Of a stretch of DNA of 64,000 bases, positions 1 to 9,556 are shown in pieces. Source of the stretch: a virus (lineage: Duplodnaviria; Heunggongvirae; Uroviricota; Caudoviricetes); IMG/VR virus record IMGVR_UViG_2684623189_000005; one strand, given 5' to 3'. The position numbers and the translations under genes were made by a program. The notes under the pieces were generated by a model. The model was given only the letters and a program-made list of their open reading frames with translations, did no database searches and was not told where the DNA came from. Position 1 is the stretch's first letter. Each line of letters starts with the position of its first letter.

Positions 1-177
1 AACCCAGTTGACCATAACGTTCTGTTGCACGGGTTAAAGCGTTCTGACGTTCCTGCAGGCGGCGTGAGGTATCGCTCAGGGAATCAAGCGCACGGCGGGT
101 ACCGCTCATTGCAGAACGGAATGTGCTGCCAATCATCCCGCCGATAACAACGCCGACTGAAAACTGTCCCGACATAG
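1..177 (-). CDS. tail tape measure protein, N-terminal fragment (gene runs past window start)
   Basis: Minus-strand ATG at 175-177 preceded by GGAGG; translation MSGQFSVGVVIGGMIGSTFRSAMSG... is typical of tape-measure N-termini; lies just after the chaperone genes. Confidence 0.55.
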
Positions 178-250
178 TGGTTAACCTCCGGGGAAGGTGA
201 AAAGACGTGAGGGGATAACGCAGAACAGCCGCTACTGGCGGCTGTCTGTA

Positions 251-508
251 CTATGATTTGTCGCCGTACTCGCTTTTGATTTGCTCTTCAGCCTGCTCCA
301 GCCACATCTCCAGATCGTCAGTATCGAGGGCATCAATCTCCCCCGGCTGAAACCGGAACCATCTCGCCAGCAGCCCCTGCGCCTGCGTCAGCGCCCTGGT
401 TGCTCTCACCCATCCCCGTGATGAGCTGAAATCGTTTCTGTAACTGCAGGTAATCAGCCAGATCCATATTGTCGAGATCTTCCGGGAGAAGACCAGTACT
501 GCGGGCAA
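251..508 (-). other. -1 frame extension ORF of the tail assembly chaperone (putative programmed frameshift product, analogue of P2 E+E')
   Basis: ORF in another frame overlapping the 3' half of chaperone gene 333-668 with no start context of its own; expected architecture between tube and tape measure. Slippery heptamer not found. Confidence 0.4.
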
Positions 509-668
509 TCAGCGGTTCGTCCCAGTCTGCCGGGTTTTTGCTGATTTTGCGCACCTGCTTCAGGTCTTTTACCGTCAGGCGTTTCAGTTCAACCAGCTCA
601 ATTCTGGTGCCTGCAGCAGTGGTGAAGGGATAAGACAATTTAAAAGTATCGGATGGGGTCTGTGACAT
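333..668 (-). CDS. tail assembly chaperone (P2 gpE / Mu gp41-like)
   Basis: 111-aa ORF between tail tube and tape measure; overlapping alternative-frame ORF downstream is typical of frameshifted chaperones. Confidence 0.5.
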   Translation of the reverse strand: MSQTPSDTFKLSYPFTTAAGTRIELVELKRLTVKDLKQVRKISKNPADWDEPLIARSTGLLPEDLDNMDLADYLQLQKRFQLITGMGESNQGADAGAGAAGEMVPVSAGGD

Positions 669-765
669 GATTGTGCTCCTGTGTAAGTTCAGGGCAGTAT
701 GTCGGGAGAAGCGCGTGACGGATATTAAAGGAGATTAAGAAGAAGGGGCCGGAGCCCCTGTGATG

Positions 766-1047
766 TCAGCAAGTGCGAAACCCCTTGCAGTTACGCAGGA
801 AAGCGATGAGAAGCGTCTTTCCCTCAGATTTGCCGATGCCGGAGAACCAGTGGTCGGGAGGCTCCCATGCTTCAATCAAATCCGCCAGTTTGCGGGCCTT
901 TGAACGTGTGCAGTCAATCGGGTCATTGGTTTTACGGGTATTAAAAAGGGTTTCCACCCCCGGAATATCAAGGAGGGTAAACCACGTACCATTTGACATG
1001 CCCAGTGCCGCACATCGTCCTCCTTTATCCGTCAGTTCAACACTCAC
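766..1047 (-). CDS. hypothetical small protein (GTG start, uncertain)
   Basis: 93-aa ORF filling the 380-bp gap between tube and chaperone; starts with GTG right after the tube stop; no recognised homology. Confidence 0.25.
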   Translation of the reverse strand: MSVELTDKGGRCAALGMSNGTWFTLLDIPGVETLFNTRKTNDPIDCTRSKARKLADLIEAWEPPDHWFSGIGKSEGKTLLIAFLRNCKGFRTC

Positions 1048-1049
1048 CG

Positions 1050-1571
1050 TCAGCCCCCGATATTGATACGGTAGTCAGTCAGTTGATCAACACCGCCGAC
1101 CCGGAAGATGTTGGCCAGATAGTCCAGTTGCAGCAGCTCTTCACCATCCAGTACCTGTCTGATATACGTGCAGGTGAAGCTACTGGAGAACTCGGCGTTC
1201 TCGTGCTGTTTGAACGTCCCCAGCGGGTTCTTCTTGAACATAATCGTCAGGAAGGTGACCAGCGGGATTTCGTCAATCAGCCCCTGCGAGCTGTAGCGCT
1301 GGACGCTGGAACGACACTGCAGTGCCAGCGACCTGTACGGGTTCGCGGCAGACAGCATCGCATCGCGGTAAAAGCTGTTCCATTTGATTTCGCCTTCCAG
1401 CTTGTCAAAACCAGCCGGGAGTTCCACCTTACCCACCATCCCCAGCGCCTTGTGTTCCTGCATAATCATGGAGACATCGGGGAGTTTGACTTCCTCAGCC
1501 CGTCCCAGCAGGTTAGTACCATCCAGATAGATGTTGGCATTCGTGATGCGGTTTATCTCAATCTTTGACAT
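1050..1571 (-). CDS. phage major tail tube protein (contractile tail, P2 FII / Mu M-like)
   Basis: 173 aa immediately downstream of sheath gene; N-terminus MSKIEINRITNANIYLDGTNLLG... resembles tube proteins. Confidence 0.75.
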   Translation of the reverse strand: MSKIEINRITNANIYLDGTNLLGRAEEVKLPDVSMIMQEHKALGMVGKVELPAGFDKLEGEIKWNSFYRDAMLSAANPYRSLALQCRSSVQRYSSQGLIDEIPLVTFLTIMFKKNPLGTFKQHENAEFSSSFTCTYIRQVLDGEELLQLDYLANIFRVGGVDQLTDYRINIGG

Positions 1572-2998
1572 CAGTTGCCCCCTTTCAGGGTTAACAGGTA
1601 TTCCGAGGTGATCTCAGTCTCAAACGTCAGTCGCTCCAGCGGCGGTGGTGGCGTATATTTGTAGCTCAGCAACAGGTGCCCGGCGGCCAGCTCCGTCTCC
1701 GGATTGCGGGCCGGATCAAACCAGCAACGGAAGCCCAGTACCGCACCATCACCAGTCATTTTGCGACCGTAGGCGTTGACCGACTCCGTCAGTGCATCAA
1801 TCAGCGCCTGAGTAATCGGCATGTCGATGTACTGCTGGCTGAAATAACGAATGGACTCGTTGATCACATCACCGGTGCGGCGAACGTTCTCAAAGTTACG
1901 CATATGGGTGACCGTTGGCCATGCTGCCGTCCGGTTACCCCACAGACGAAGGCCGCTGCCGTAACTGCTGAATACCGTGGTGATCCCCTGTTCGTTAAGC
2001 AGGTTCACCTCACTCTGCGGGTCATCAATCATCGCGGACAGCTGGCGCTCCACGCCGGTGATCCCCAGAATCTCCTGATTGGAGGATGACCACCAGTAGC
2101 CCTTGTCCAGATCGACTCTGGCACGCAGACCTGCTGCACGCTGGCTGAGCGGCTCCAGACGCTCTGTGTTTGTCACCGGGTCATATACCTTCACATGCGG
2201 ATAGCACAGACGGACGCGGTCGGAGCTGGTATTGAAGTTGATGGTGCCTTCCGGGCCACGACCTGCCAGAGCCTGTGCAAAGGTGGTACCGACAGGCGCA
2301 TCAATGTAGGTTACCGCGCCCAGCTTCTCTGCCATGGCGATAAGCTCAACTGCGACACTCTTCTGGGTGCAGAACACCGGCGCAATCAGAATTTTGGCGA
2401 AATAGCCGTACAGGTTGAAGCTGTCGTTAAGCAGCTTCATGCCGGTTCGGTTTCCGGCGCTGTTCACCCCGCCGATGATGTCCGCCGCAGTCACCTTCGA
2501 CGGGTCCGCGTACTCATAGCTCACCTTCACGCTGCCACCGGCCTCAATAGCCTTGCCCAGGTTCGTGAGCACACCCGCCTGCGCATCAACACGGTAGTCC
2601 GTGTTCGCCGTGTGGGTGGTGCTGCCTTCACTGTTTTTCACCACCACATTAGCGACAACCGGATGCGCCAGTCTGGCCTGCCCTGTCGATTTGTCAAAGG
2701 TAACCACCTCATCCTCGATCGCCGTTTTATGTTTCGCCGGGTCGAGGACGTTAATGACCAGAACGGTGCCTGCACCATGGTCATAAATCGCATCCAGCGC
2801 CTGCGGAATGGTAAAGCCGGTGAACTGGCTGCCAAATGCCGCTGCGTCTTTCTCAGACAGGCACTGTACCAGCGTATTGACATCCCCCATCGGGGCGGTA
2901 CCAATCAGGCCAATAACGGCAGATTTCACCGTTTTAACCGGGCGGGCTCCGTTTTCCACCTCAATGGTTTCGGGACCATGCAGATAGTTAGCTGCCAT
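1571..2998 (-). CDS. phage tail sheath protein (P2 FI / Mu L-like)
   Basis: 475 aa, size and sequence character of myovirus sheath proteins; followed by tube gene. Confidence 0.8.
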   Translation of the reverse strand: MAANYLHGPETIEVENGARPVKTVKSAVIGLIGTAPMGDVNTLVQCLSEKDAAAFGSQFTGFTIPQALDAIYDHGAGTVLVINVLDPAKHKTAIEDEVVTFDKSTGQARLAHPVVANVVVKNSEGSTTHTANTDYRVDAQAGVLTNLGKAIEAGGSVKVSYEYADPSKVTAADIIGGVNSAGNRTGMKLLNDSFNLYGYFAKILIAPVFCTQKSVAVELIAMAEKLGAVTYIDAPVGTTFAQALAGRGPEGTINFNTSSDRVRLCYPHVKVYDPVTNTERLEPLSQRAAGLRARVDLDKGYWWSSSNQEILGITGVERQLSAMIDDPQSEVNLLNEQGITTVFSSYGSGLRLWGNRTAAWPTVTHMRNFENVRRTGDVINESIRYFSQQYIDMPITQALIDALTESVNAYGRKMTGDGAVLGFRCWFDPARNPETELAAGHLLLSYKYTPPPPLERLTFETEITSEYLLTLKGGN

Positions 2999-3242
2999 GG
3001 GCGTCCTCCGTTTTCACTTCGCTGTCACTGCTGCTTCTGCGCTTTGGTGACTGCACAGCCGGTGTGACGGCGGGTTTAGTATCTTCTGGTACCGGCGTCA
3101 GATGCTTCAGCGCCACCAGTACCTTCACGTAGTCATGCTCCTCCGGCAGGGAAACCGTCTTCCCCGGCCAGAGCAGGATTTCGGTTCCGTCCGACAGCGT
3201 GACGCCGCTGGCCGGGCCGGAATAGCGGTATTCTTTCATCAC
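2988..3242 (-). CDS. small Mu-like virion protein (DUF2635-like by recollection)
   Basis: 84-aa ORF in conserved position upstream of sheath; overlaps neighbours by a few bases. Confidence 0.45.
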   Translation of the reverse strand: MMKEYRYSGPASGVTLSDGTEILLWPGKTVSLPEEHDYVKVLVALKHLTPVPEDTKPAVTPAVQSPKRRSSSDSEVKTEDAHGS

Positions 3243-3703
3243 TCGCTTTCCTCATAGTTCACTTCGGTTAACAGCGGGCCGGACGGTAAATCGCTGTCTT
3301 CGATAAAGATGCTTTCAGTCGCGAAGTCGAGGGCGTATTGCCACAGCCCCCTGACTTCACCGATAAACACCTCGCGGGTCAGCCAGATACGGCAGCGGCA
3401 CCCGGGCGGGGTGTGGCCACCGAGAATGCGGCGGACAGCATCCAGGACATTAATCGCCCCTTTTTTACCGTTGAGCTGGCGGAAGACCACCGTGACGCAG
3501 AGCTGGATAGTCTGAGACTGGATCACCGCACCGGTATCATCCGGCCTGTCAAAGCGCGAACCGGCATAGCTCAGCAGCAACGCGCCAACCGGATGGTTCA
3601 GGCGATATTCAGCCGGTTTCTCCGGGAAGTACTCCACCTGCAGTTGCGGCAGCTTCTCGCGTAACCGGGCCAGCACCGCATCAAGGACGGGCAGAACGTT
3701 CAT
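3239..3703 (-). CDS. Mu-like prophage gp37-like protein
   Basis: 154 aa, operon position between gp36-like and sheath as in Mu-type phages; family assignment from memory. Confidence 0.5.
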   Translation of the reverse strand: MNVLPVLDAVLARLREKLPQLQVEYFPEKPAEYRLNHPVGALLLSYAGSRFDRPDDTGAVIQSQTIQLCVTVVFRQLNGKKGAINVLDAVRRILGGHTPPGCRCRIWLTREVFIGEVRGLWQYALDFATESIFIEDSDLPSGPLLTEVNYEESE

Positions 3704-4149
3704 CAGTATTTCTCCAGTAAACCGTCACGACCGCCGAAAGTGGCCGGGCGACTGCGTACACGAAACTCGCCAGGCTCAGGCACATCTTTCTGAGTGGACG
3801 GCAGCCCCAGCGTGAGCCTGTTATCACGTAACTCCCTGAGTTGCCGCAGCGCTTCTTTGTGGTCATCCTTCACCGTATCCGGGAGGTCACCTTCCGGGCG
3901 GCGGGCGTAGAGCCGGTAACGGACCAGCGTGATGGCAATGTCCCGCAGAACAGTCGGTATCTCTGCCAGTGGCAGGATATAGCGTCCGCGCAGATGGGCA
4001 TCAATCAGCTCGTCGGCATAGCGGATACAGCTGTCCACCACACGGGTATTCACTGTTGCAGGCGAGTCGAAGTCCATCTCTTCACTGGTGAGTTCGATAA
4101 GCGTCCGCTCCGGCACCTGCGCAAGCAAATCCTCCAGGGTGCAGTACAT
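3703..4149 (-). CDS. Mu-like prophage gp36-like protein (DUF1320-like)
   Basis: Internal ATG at 4147-4149 gives MYCTLEDLLAQVPERTLIELT..., typical N-terminus of this family; the longer track ORF has an implausible N-extension overlapping the upstream gene. Confidence 0.5.
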   Translation of the reverse strand: MYCTLEDLLAQVPERTLIELTSEEMDFDSPATVNTRVVDSCIRYADELIDAHLRGRYILPLAEIPTVLRDIAITLVRYRLYARRPEGDLPDTVKDDHKEALRQLRELRDNRLTLGLPSTQKDVPEPGEFRVRSRPATFGGRDGLLEKY

Positions 4150-4150
4150 G

Positions 4151-4489
4151 TCACACCCCGCGCAGGATACGAATGACGTCGCCTTCACCCCCGGCTTCAT
4201 CAAGTGCAATACCACAGGATTTACCGTCGCCGGACTGCGGCACGGCTCTGGCCTGAGCATCTGACTGAACAGCCACACCACGGCTGACAGCGGCCCCGGC
4301 CTCGACAGCAATAATGCCCAGAACGCTCACCGGCGTGCTGTCGCCGGTAACAGCATCCACTTCGGCAACCCCGAGCGCTGCGGCACCGGCTTTACAGGGG
4401 GTATTATCTGCCCCGACAAAACGCTGCTGTGCCAGTGCTGCCCCTGCCGTTACGGTTGTGATCAGAATGACCTGCTGAGTGGTTCCCAT
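4151..4489 (-). CDS. small Gly/Ala-rich head-associated protein (DUF2190-like)
   Basis: 112-aa ORF directly downstream of the major head gene, as in Mu-type head modules. Confidence 0.45.
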   Translation of the reverse strand: MGTTQQVILITTVTAGAALAQQRFVGADNTPCKAGAAALGVAEVDAVTGDSTPVSVLGIIAVEAGAAVSRGVAVQSDAQARAVPQSGDGKSCGIALDEAGGEGDVIRILRGV

Positions 4490-4498
4490 AACGCCTCC

Positions 4499-5452
4499 TT
4501 ATTTACTGATACCGGTAATGAGATACCCGGCATCGCCACCAACCACGGCGACTTTGTAGATATCGGTATAACGGCAGTACTTCACCTTGCCACCGGCTCC
4601 GTCGTATTTGTCGGCAACAGGCATCCCCTTACGACGCAGGGTGTAGCCGAAGGACGGCTCGTTCTCGTCCGCGCTGTCCGCCCCCGGCTGCGGTTTGCCG
4701 ACATAGTGCAGCATCAGATTGTCTCCCCAGATATCCGCCGGCACGCTGTTCTTATCCATTGCCGCTTTCATGGACGGCAGGGAGACTGGGGCACCGATGA
4801 CGATCTCTTCGATCTGAAAGAGGTCCTGCAGGATTTCTGTGGTGATGCGCTTGCGTTCGTTGGCTCCGATGGCGGCCTGAATCGCCGGGTGGAACTTCAG
4901 CAGCGCCATCACGCCGGCCCCCATGGTCATCAGGTTAGGACGCAGCCCCGTGGCCGTACGGACCGCTTCCATACCGGCTTCAATCACCCCGATGGGGTCC
5001 CCCTTACCACCGGCCCAGCGATCACTGGCTGTCAGTTTTTTGACGTGCCCGGTACGGTAGACCTTTTCATCCTGAGCCAGACGGGCAGCGATAAGTTCAC
5101 GGCGCAGGTTCACGCCATTCGTGGCGCGACGGATGGCCTTGCTCTCTTCGTTAAACATGGACTCCGCCTGCTCGCGATAGTCCACCGGCGCAGCCAGATC
5201 GTGTTCACCCAGCACCAGGTCCAGCGTGCCTGTTTTTTCACGGACCAGAACATTGCTGTCCGCCCCGACGGCACGCTCGGTGTCATATTCCACAAAGGCG
5301 GTTTTCCCGAAGGTCGGTACACGCACGCCTTCCTTGTCCGTCAGCACGACGGGGAAAATACGTTCGCCGATGAATGCGGCATTTTTATAGCCACGGGCGA
5401 TACTGGTCAGTACCGGATCAACGACACGTTTACCTTTTAAGTAATCAGACAT
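4499..5452 (-). CDS. major head subunit (Mu gpT-like)
   Basis: 317 aa, MSDYLKGKRVVDPVLTSIARGYKNAAFIGERIFPVV... resembles Mu-type major capsid proteins; follows protease/scaffold gene. Confidence 0.75.
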   Translation of the reverse strand: MSDYLKGKRVVDPVLTSIARGYKNAAFIGERIFPVVLTDKEGVRVPTFGKTAFVEYDTERAVGADSNVLVREKTGTLDLVLGEHDLAAPVDYREQAESMFNEESKAIRRATNGVNLRRELIAARLAQDEKVYRTGHVKKLTASDRWAGGKGDPIGVIEAGMEAVRTATGLRPNLMTMGAGVMALLKFHPAIQAAIGANERKRITTEILQDLFQIEEIVIGAPVSLPSMKAAMDKNSVPADIWGDNLMLHYVGKPQPGADSADENEPSFGYTLRRKGMPVADKYDGAGGKVKYCRYTDIYKVAVVGGDAGYLITGISK

Positions 5453-5466
5453 GCTCTCTCCTTAAA

Positions 5467-6582
5467 TTACAGGCAGCGTGCGACAGCAGCCTCATAGCTG
5501 ATGCCTTCTTTTTTGGACAGGGCCACTGCTTTCTGATGCAGGGCCAGACGCTCAGGATCGGCTTCCGCAAACTCTGCCACATCCACCTTCACCGTGTCGC
5601 CGACACGCTCTTTTGTGGCCTGTTCGGCGAAATTCATCACCGGCTCCCCGTCGGAGAGCAATGAACGAAAGGCGGTGGCCAGCGGTGTGCGGCTTTCCCC
5701 CTCAGCAAACTCCACCGGCTTGTCGCCACCGGCGACGGCATCCAGCAGGGCAACCACCACGGAGGAGGCGCGGGGAGCCAGACGGCCCTCTGCGACCAGT
5801 TTTTCTGCAAAGGCCACATTGTCCTTATGCAGTTGCTCCTGTCTGACCTGTGCATCACGCGCATCGCGATCAGCAGCCTGCTGCTTCAGGCGGCGGTTCT
5901 CCTCCTGAAGGGTTTCAATCTCTTCTTTTGTCATCGATGATTCCTCGTTACTTGCGGAAGACGGCCCCGGGCCTGTCTCACTGAATTGTGCACCTGCTGC
6001 ATCCTGCGACAGTGTGTCGCGGTACGCCTCTTCGCGCAGACTGTTGAGCTGCCATTCCGGCAGGACTTTTTCTGCCTCGTCCAGACTGAAGCGGGCGATC
6101 AGAAAATCGCGCAGCTTTCCCCACAGGGAGGCATTCGTGATGGCCTGCCAGTCGGCGAACTCCACCACACCTTCTTCCTGCTCACTGAAGGACACCTGTT
6201 TCAGCCCCTTGATGGAAGGTGGCTGTGCCCCGAGAAAGCCCACATGGCGAAGGTAGAGCACGCCGGGCTTCGGATTGGACGGTGAATCCGGGAGGTAGAA
6301 AGAGGCGGACACTTTTTTGAATCGTCCGTCGGTGACCATCTCAGCAAACTGCGGGTCCAGCTGGGCAGGCTCTGCCATCAGATCGACGCCGCTGAGCGAC
6401 AGGGCTTTCACCCAGCCCCACGCCGGGTCTTCCGTTCTGGGATGACCAATCACGAGTGGTGCTTCATGGACGGACGGGTCATAGGCTTTCACGCAGGCGG
6501 CAAGATCGTCTGGCGTGAACGGCAGTTTTTTGCCGTGCATATCGGTATGAGTACCGGCTTTAAAAATGTGAATGGCTGACAT
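5467..6582 (-). CDS. Mu gpI-like head protease/scaffold protein
   Basis: 371 aa with acidic, coiled-coil-like C-terminal half; N-terminus MSAIHIFKAGTHTDMHGKKL... matches Mu I-family recollection. Confidence 0.7.
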   Translation of the reverse strand: MSAIHIFKAGTHTDMHGKKLPFTPDDLAACVKAYDPSVHEAPLVIGHPRTEDPAWGWVKALSLSGVDLMAEPAQLDPQFAEMVTDGRFKKVSASFYLPDSPSNPKPGVLYLRHVGFLGAQPPSIKGLKQVSFSEQEEGVVEFADWQAITNASLWGKLRDFLIARFSLDEAEKVLPEWQLNSLREEAYRDTLSQDAAGAQFSETGPGPSSASNEESSMTKEEIETLQEENRRLKQQAADRDARDAQVRQEQLHKDNVAFAEKLVAEGRLAPRASSVVVALLDAVAGGDKPVEFAEGESRTPLATAFRSLLSDGEPVMNFAEQATKERVGDTVKVDVAEFAEADPERLALHQKAVALSKKEGISYEAAVARCL

Positions 6583-6705
6583 TTTGCTGTCCCGCGTTAT
6601 GTTGTCGGAGACAGTTTGTGAGAAATGCAGGCCCGGCGATTTTAATCTGCTTTAGAAAACATCAGGGGAGAAGGACAGGGAAAGCAATGCGGTGAACCGG
6701 AGGCG

Positions 6706-6750
6706 GTTATAAAACAGAGGCTGTAAAGCCTTTATAAAGGTAATACAGCC
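6706..6750 (-). terminator. palindromic hairpin plus T-tract between G and I genes (candidate terminator/attenuator next to a late promoter)
   Basis: Plus strand reads GGCTGTAAAGCCTTTATAAAGGTAATACAGCC (contains perfect palindrome CCTTTATAAAGG); on the minus strand it is followed by CTCTGTTTTATAA. Confidence 0.4.
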
Positions 6751-6796
6751 CCTCATTCTCTGGCAATGATAAATCACCCGCCTGAAGAGAGAAAAC

Positions 6797-7255
6797 TCAG
6801 CGACGGGCCGCTGATTCAAGATGGCGGACAATGGTATCGAGGATGGGGATTACCACTTCAGGCTGTAGTTCTCCATCCCCCGTCACCGGCAGGAACGGGC
6901 GGGCCGGAAGTTCAACAGACTCATTACGCCCCGTTTTACCCCCGAACTGGTGAATGGCACCGTAAACAACGTTGGTCCCCACAACAGCCTGCCGGTCGTC
7001 ATGGTCGGTTGATACTGACCCCATCAGACGCCCGGTATCCTGCAGTGTCTGCCCGTCACGTTCTTCCGCTGCCAGCGAGGGCATCCACCCCGGACGCCCC
7101 TCATCAAGAAAGTTAAACTGTGTTTCCGCCAGCAGGGTTCCGGCGATTTTGCGCATCGCGGGCTCCAGGTCTGTGGCAGCAAGATCCAGCGCACGGAGGC
7201 TCCGGCGCAGGGATTTATCGTTAATGGTGATACTGACCAGGTTATCGGAAGCCAT
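6797..7255 (-). CDS. phage virion morphogenesis protein (Mu gpG-like)
   Basis: 152 aa in the conserved slot between F and I. Confidence 0.6.
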   Translation of the reverse strand: MASDNLVSITINDKSLRRSLRALDLAATDLEPAMRKIAGTLLAETQFNFLDEGRPGWMPSLAAEERDGQTLQDTGRLMGSVSTDHDDRQAVVGTNVVYGAIHQFGGKTGRNESVELPARPFLPVTGDGELQPEVVIPILDTIVRHLESAARR

Positions 7256-7257
7256 TG

Positions 7258-8079
7258 TTATCCTCTCAGTTCCTGTTGTGCCAGTGGCTGAAGCGTACCC
7301 TGATAGCGGGCCAGGTCGGGACGGTATGCTGCCCCCGGTGCATAAGACCAGCCGACGTCGGTGGTCACCTTCGTGGTGCCGGTATTAAAGGTGGCCACGT
7401 TCCGCATTTCGCCGGTTTTCTCTGAGACCAGTTTCAGTTCCTGGCCCATGGCAGAGCCGGAGCTGATAACCTTCAGGCCACGGGCACGTACATCCGCCGC
7501 ACTCAGGGCAATCACACTACAGCGGCAGCGCCAGCCGTTCGGCGGGTAAAATGCCTGCCAGAACGGGTCATCCCAGCGCAGCACCAGACCATGCAGCGCC
7601 AGATGGCTCCTGCGGGTATGGCTGTCGTTGATGCCGGTATACATCCAGTACGGCCTGTCGTCGACGTTTTCCATCTGTTCCGCCCAACGACCGGCGCTGT
7701 AGAGTACGGACATATTGGTGCGAAAGATGGTATCGAGCCGCCACGGACTGCCCTGCTGAATGGTGACCGGCTCACCCGTTACCGGGTCAGTCGTGTCACG
7801 TGGTCCCCACCATCCCTTACGCTTCAGCACCGGCTCCAGCTCCTGCCGGAACCAGCGATCGGTTTTTCCTTCATCGACAGCCTGCTGCAGTGCCCCGCGA
7901 ATATCTTCCAGGATATCCAGGCGGGTCACTTTAGCAACGGTAAAGGCGCGGGCATGGGCCTCCTGCCACATTTCTTCCCAGTCCCAGGTAATCTGATACC
8001 CTTTGGACTTCAGGTAGTTGATTGCCCGCTTCGGGGGAAGCGTCATGCAGTACGCCAGTTCAGCCGTTGTCACGCTCAT
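7258..8079 (-). CDS. head morphogenesis protein (Mu gpF / SPP1 gp7-like)
   Basis: 273 aa immediately downstream of portal with a short overlap. Confidence 0.65.
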   Translation of the reverse strand: MSVTTAELAYCMTLPPKRAINYLKSKGYQITWDWEEMWQEAHARAFTVAKVTRLDILEDIRGALQQAVDEGKTDRWFRQELEPVLKRKGWWGPRDTTDPVTGEPVTIQQGSPWRLDTIFRTNMSVLYSAGRWAEQMENVDDRPYWMYTGINDSHTRRSHLALHGLVLRWDDPFWQAFYPPNGWRCRCSVIALSAADVRARGLKVISSGSAMGQELKLVSEKTGEMRNVATFNTGTTKVTTDVGWSYAPGAAYRPDLARYQGTLQPLAQQELRG

Positions 8080-9556
8080 GCAGACGCCCCCAGATATTTG
8101 TCACAAAGAGAATGCGGGCCAGCCGCTCCTGCAGATCGTCCGTGTTCATCTGAGGGTAGAGCTCCGCCAGTTCGCCCAGCAGCTCAGACGGGTTAACCCC
8201 ATTTTCGACCCGCCTGAACAGAGGTGCCAGGACGGGTTCCAGCGTGCCATTTAACGCGCCTCCGTTCATCAGAATGTCCAGCGCGTCGTCAAGCTGCTGC
8301 TGAGCCTGAATATCAGCATCAATCGCCTCGGCAAATGACAGCGGCAGCATGTTATTCTGGCGTTCCGACGGTGGTGTCTCGTCAATATCGCCGTCCTGCA
8401 GTTGGTACTCACGCTTGAAGTACTGCGGGGTCAGACGCAGACCCGCCCGGGTGAGTTTTTCGTCGCGGGTGGCACGGGTGTCATCAATGGCCTCCTGTTC
8501 CCACATGGCCCAGACCGGACACGGCACATCGCCGAAGTTCAGGGTGACCACCGTTCTGATGACCTGATTCACTGCCGCCTGAATGATGTCCGCATCCGCA
8601 TCGCGGATATCAGCCGTTACCTCCAGCCCGGCCTGTGCAGAGGCCTTGTTACTGTTCGCTTCCGTGGTCTGATTCTGACCGAGTAATGCAATGGAGATCT
8701 CACTGCGTGACAGTGTGATCAGCTCGCGAAATACCTCGCTGCTGTCTGCCTTGCCATCCGCTGCCCTGAGCTCAATACTGCTGTCATCGGGGATGGCGGC
8801 CACCGCGTCCTCCACCATCTGCTCCATGGAGTCCAGCAGTTTTTCAATCTCTGCATCATTTGCGCCCCTCGGGTGCTTACCGATCACCCACGGGGAGCCA
8901 AACTTTTCGGCAAAGCGGAGCCAGAATTTCATCCCGCCTTTCTTGAAGGCGACCGGCCAGAAGCACATGGACAGGTCCGGGAAACCGTAAGGATTGTCAT
9001 ACGAGGCATCCTGTGCCGGCACCACGAATTTTGACGGTGACAGCAGCTCACCCTCCACACCCGCATCACGCGCCCGGAAGCGCAGGCAGTTGTCCGTATC
9101 AAACTGAAACCACTCAGGCGGTTTGCCGACAATATCCGTCACCGCCCACGACCTGACCGAACGGCCCCACATGATTTCACAGGGCTGATACCCGTAGAGC
9201 ACGGCATCGCTCATTTCACCGATGATGCGGGACAGATCCAGATCGTCGAGCATGTCGCGGATGAAACGGAAGACCCGGGCAGAGGCGTGACCACGCTCCA
9301 GTCCACGCTCCAGCGATTTGAGCGCTGCTTTACGTCTGCGGATACAGCCCCCGACCAGCGGGTCGGTGCGCAGTTCGCGGTAGATACGGATATCCCGTCC
9401 CTGAGCCTTGAGAATGGGATCAGGATTGGGCAGATACATGCCCAGTCCGTAAAAGTCGATCGCGCGGCTGCGGGAGGCAATCTGCGCGGTCAGTGATTTC
9501 TGAGGCTCAGAAAAAGCAACAAATTCATCGGGTGAAACCCAGATACCCCTCGCCAT
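8060..9556 (-). CDS. portal protein (Mu gp29-like, DUF935)
   Basis: 498 aa directly downstream of the terminase large subunit. Confidence 0.7.
   Translation of the reverse strand: MARGIWVSPDEFVAFSEPQKSLTAQIASRSRAIDFYGLGMYLPNPDPILKAQGRDIRIYRELRTDPLVGGCIRRRKAALKSLERGLERGHASARVFRFIRDMLDDLDLSRIIGEMSDAVLYGYQPCEIMWGRSVRSWAVTDIVGKPPEWFQFDTDNCLRFRARDAGVEGELLSPSKFVVPAQDASYDNPYGFPDLSMCFWPVAFKKGGMKFWLRFAEKFGSPWVIGKHPRGANDAEIEKLLDSMEQMVEDAVAAIPDDSSIELRAADGKADSSEVFRELITLSRSEISIALLGQNQTTEANSNKASAQAGLEVTADIRDADADIIQAAVNQVIRTVVTLNFGDVPCPVWAMWEQEAIDDTRATRDEKLTRAGLRLTPQYFKREYQLQDGDIDETPPSERQNNMLPLSFAEAIDADIQAQQQLDDALDILMNGGALNGTLEPVLAPLFRRVENGVNPSELLGELAELYPQMNTDDLQERLARILFVTNIWGRLHERDNG

Noticed and set aside
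2195-3067. 290-aa plus-strand ORF
   Set aside because: Antisense to the tail sheath gene.
4706-5440. 244-aa plus-strand ORF
   Set aside because: Antisense to the major head gene.
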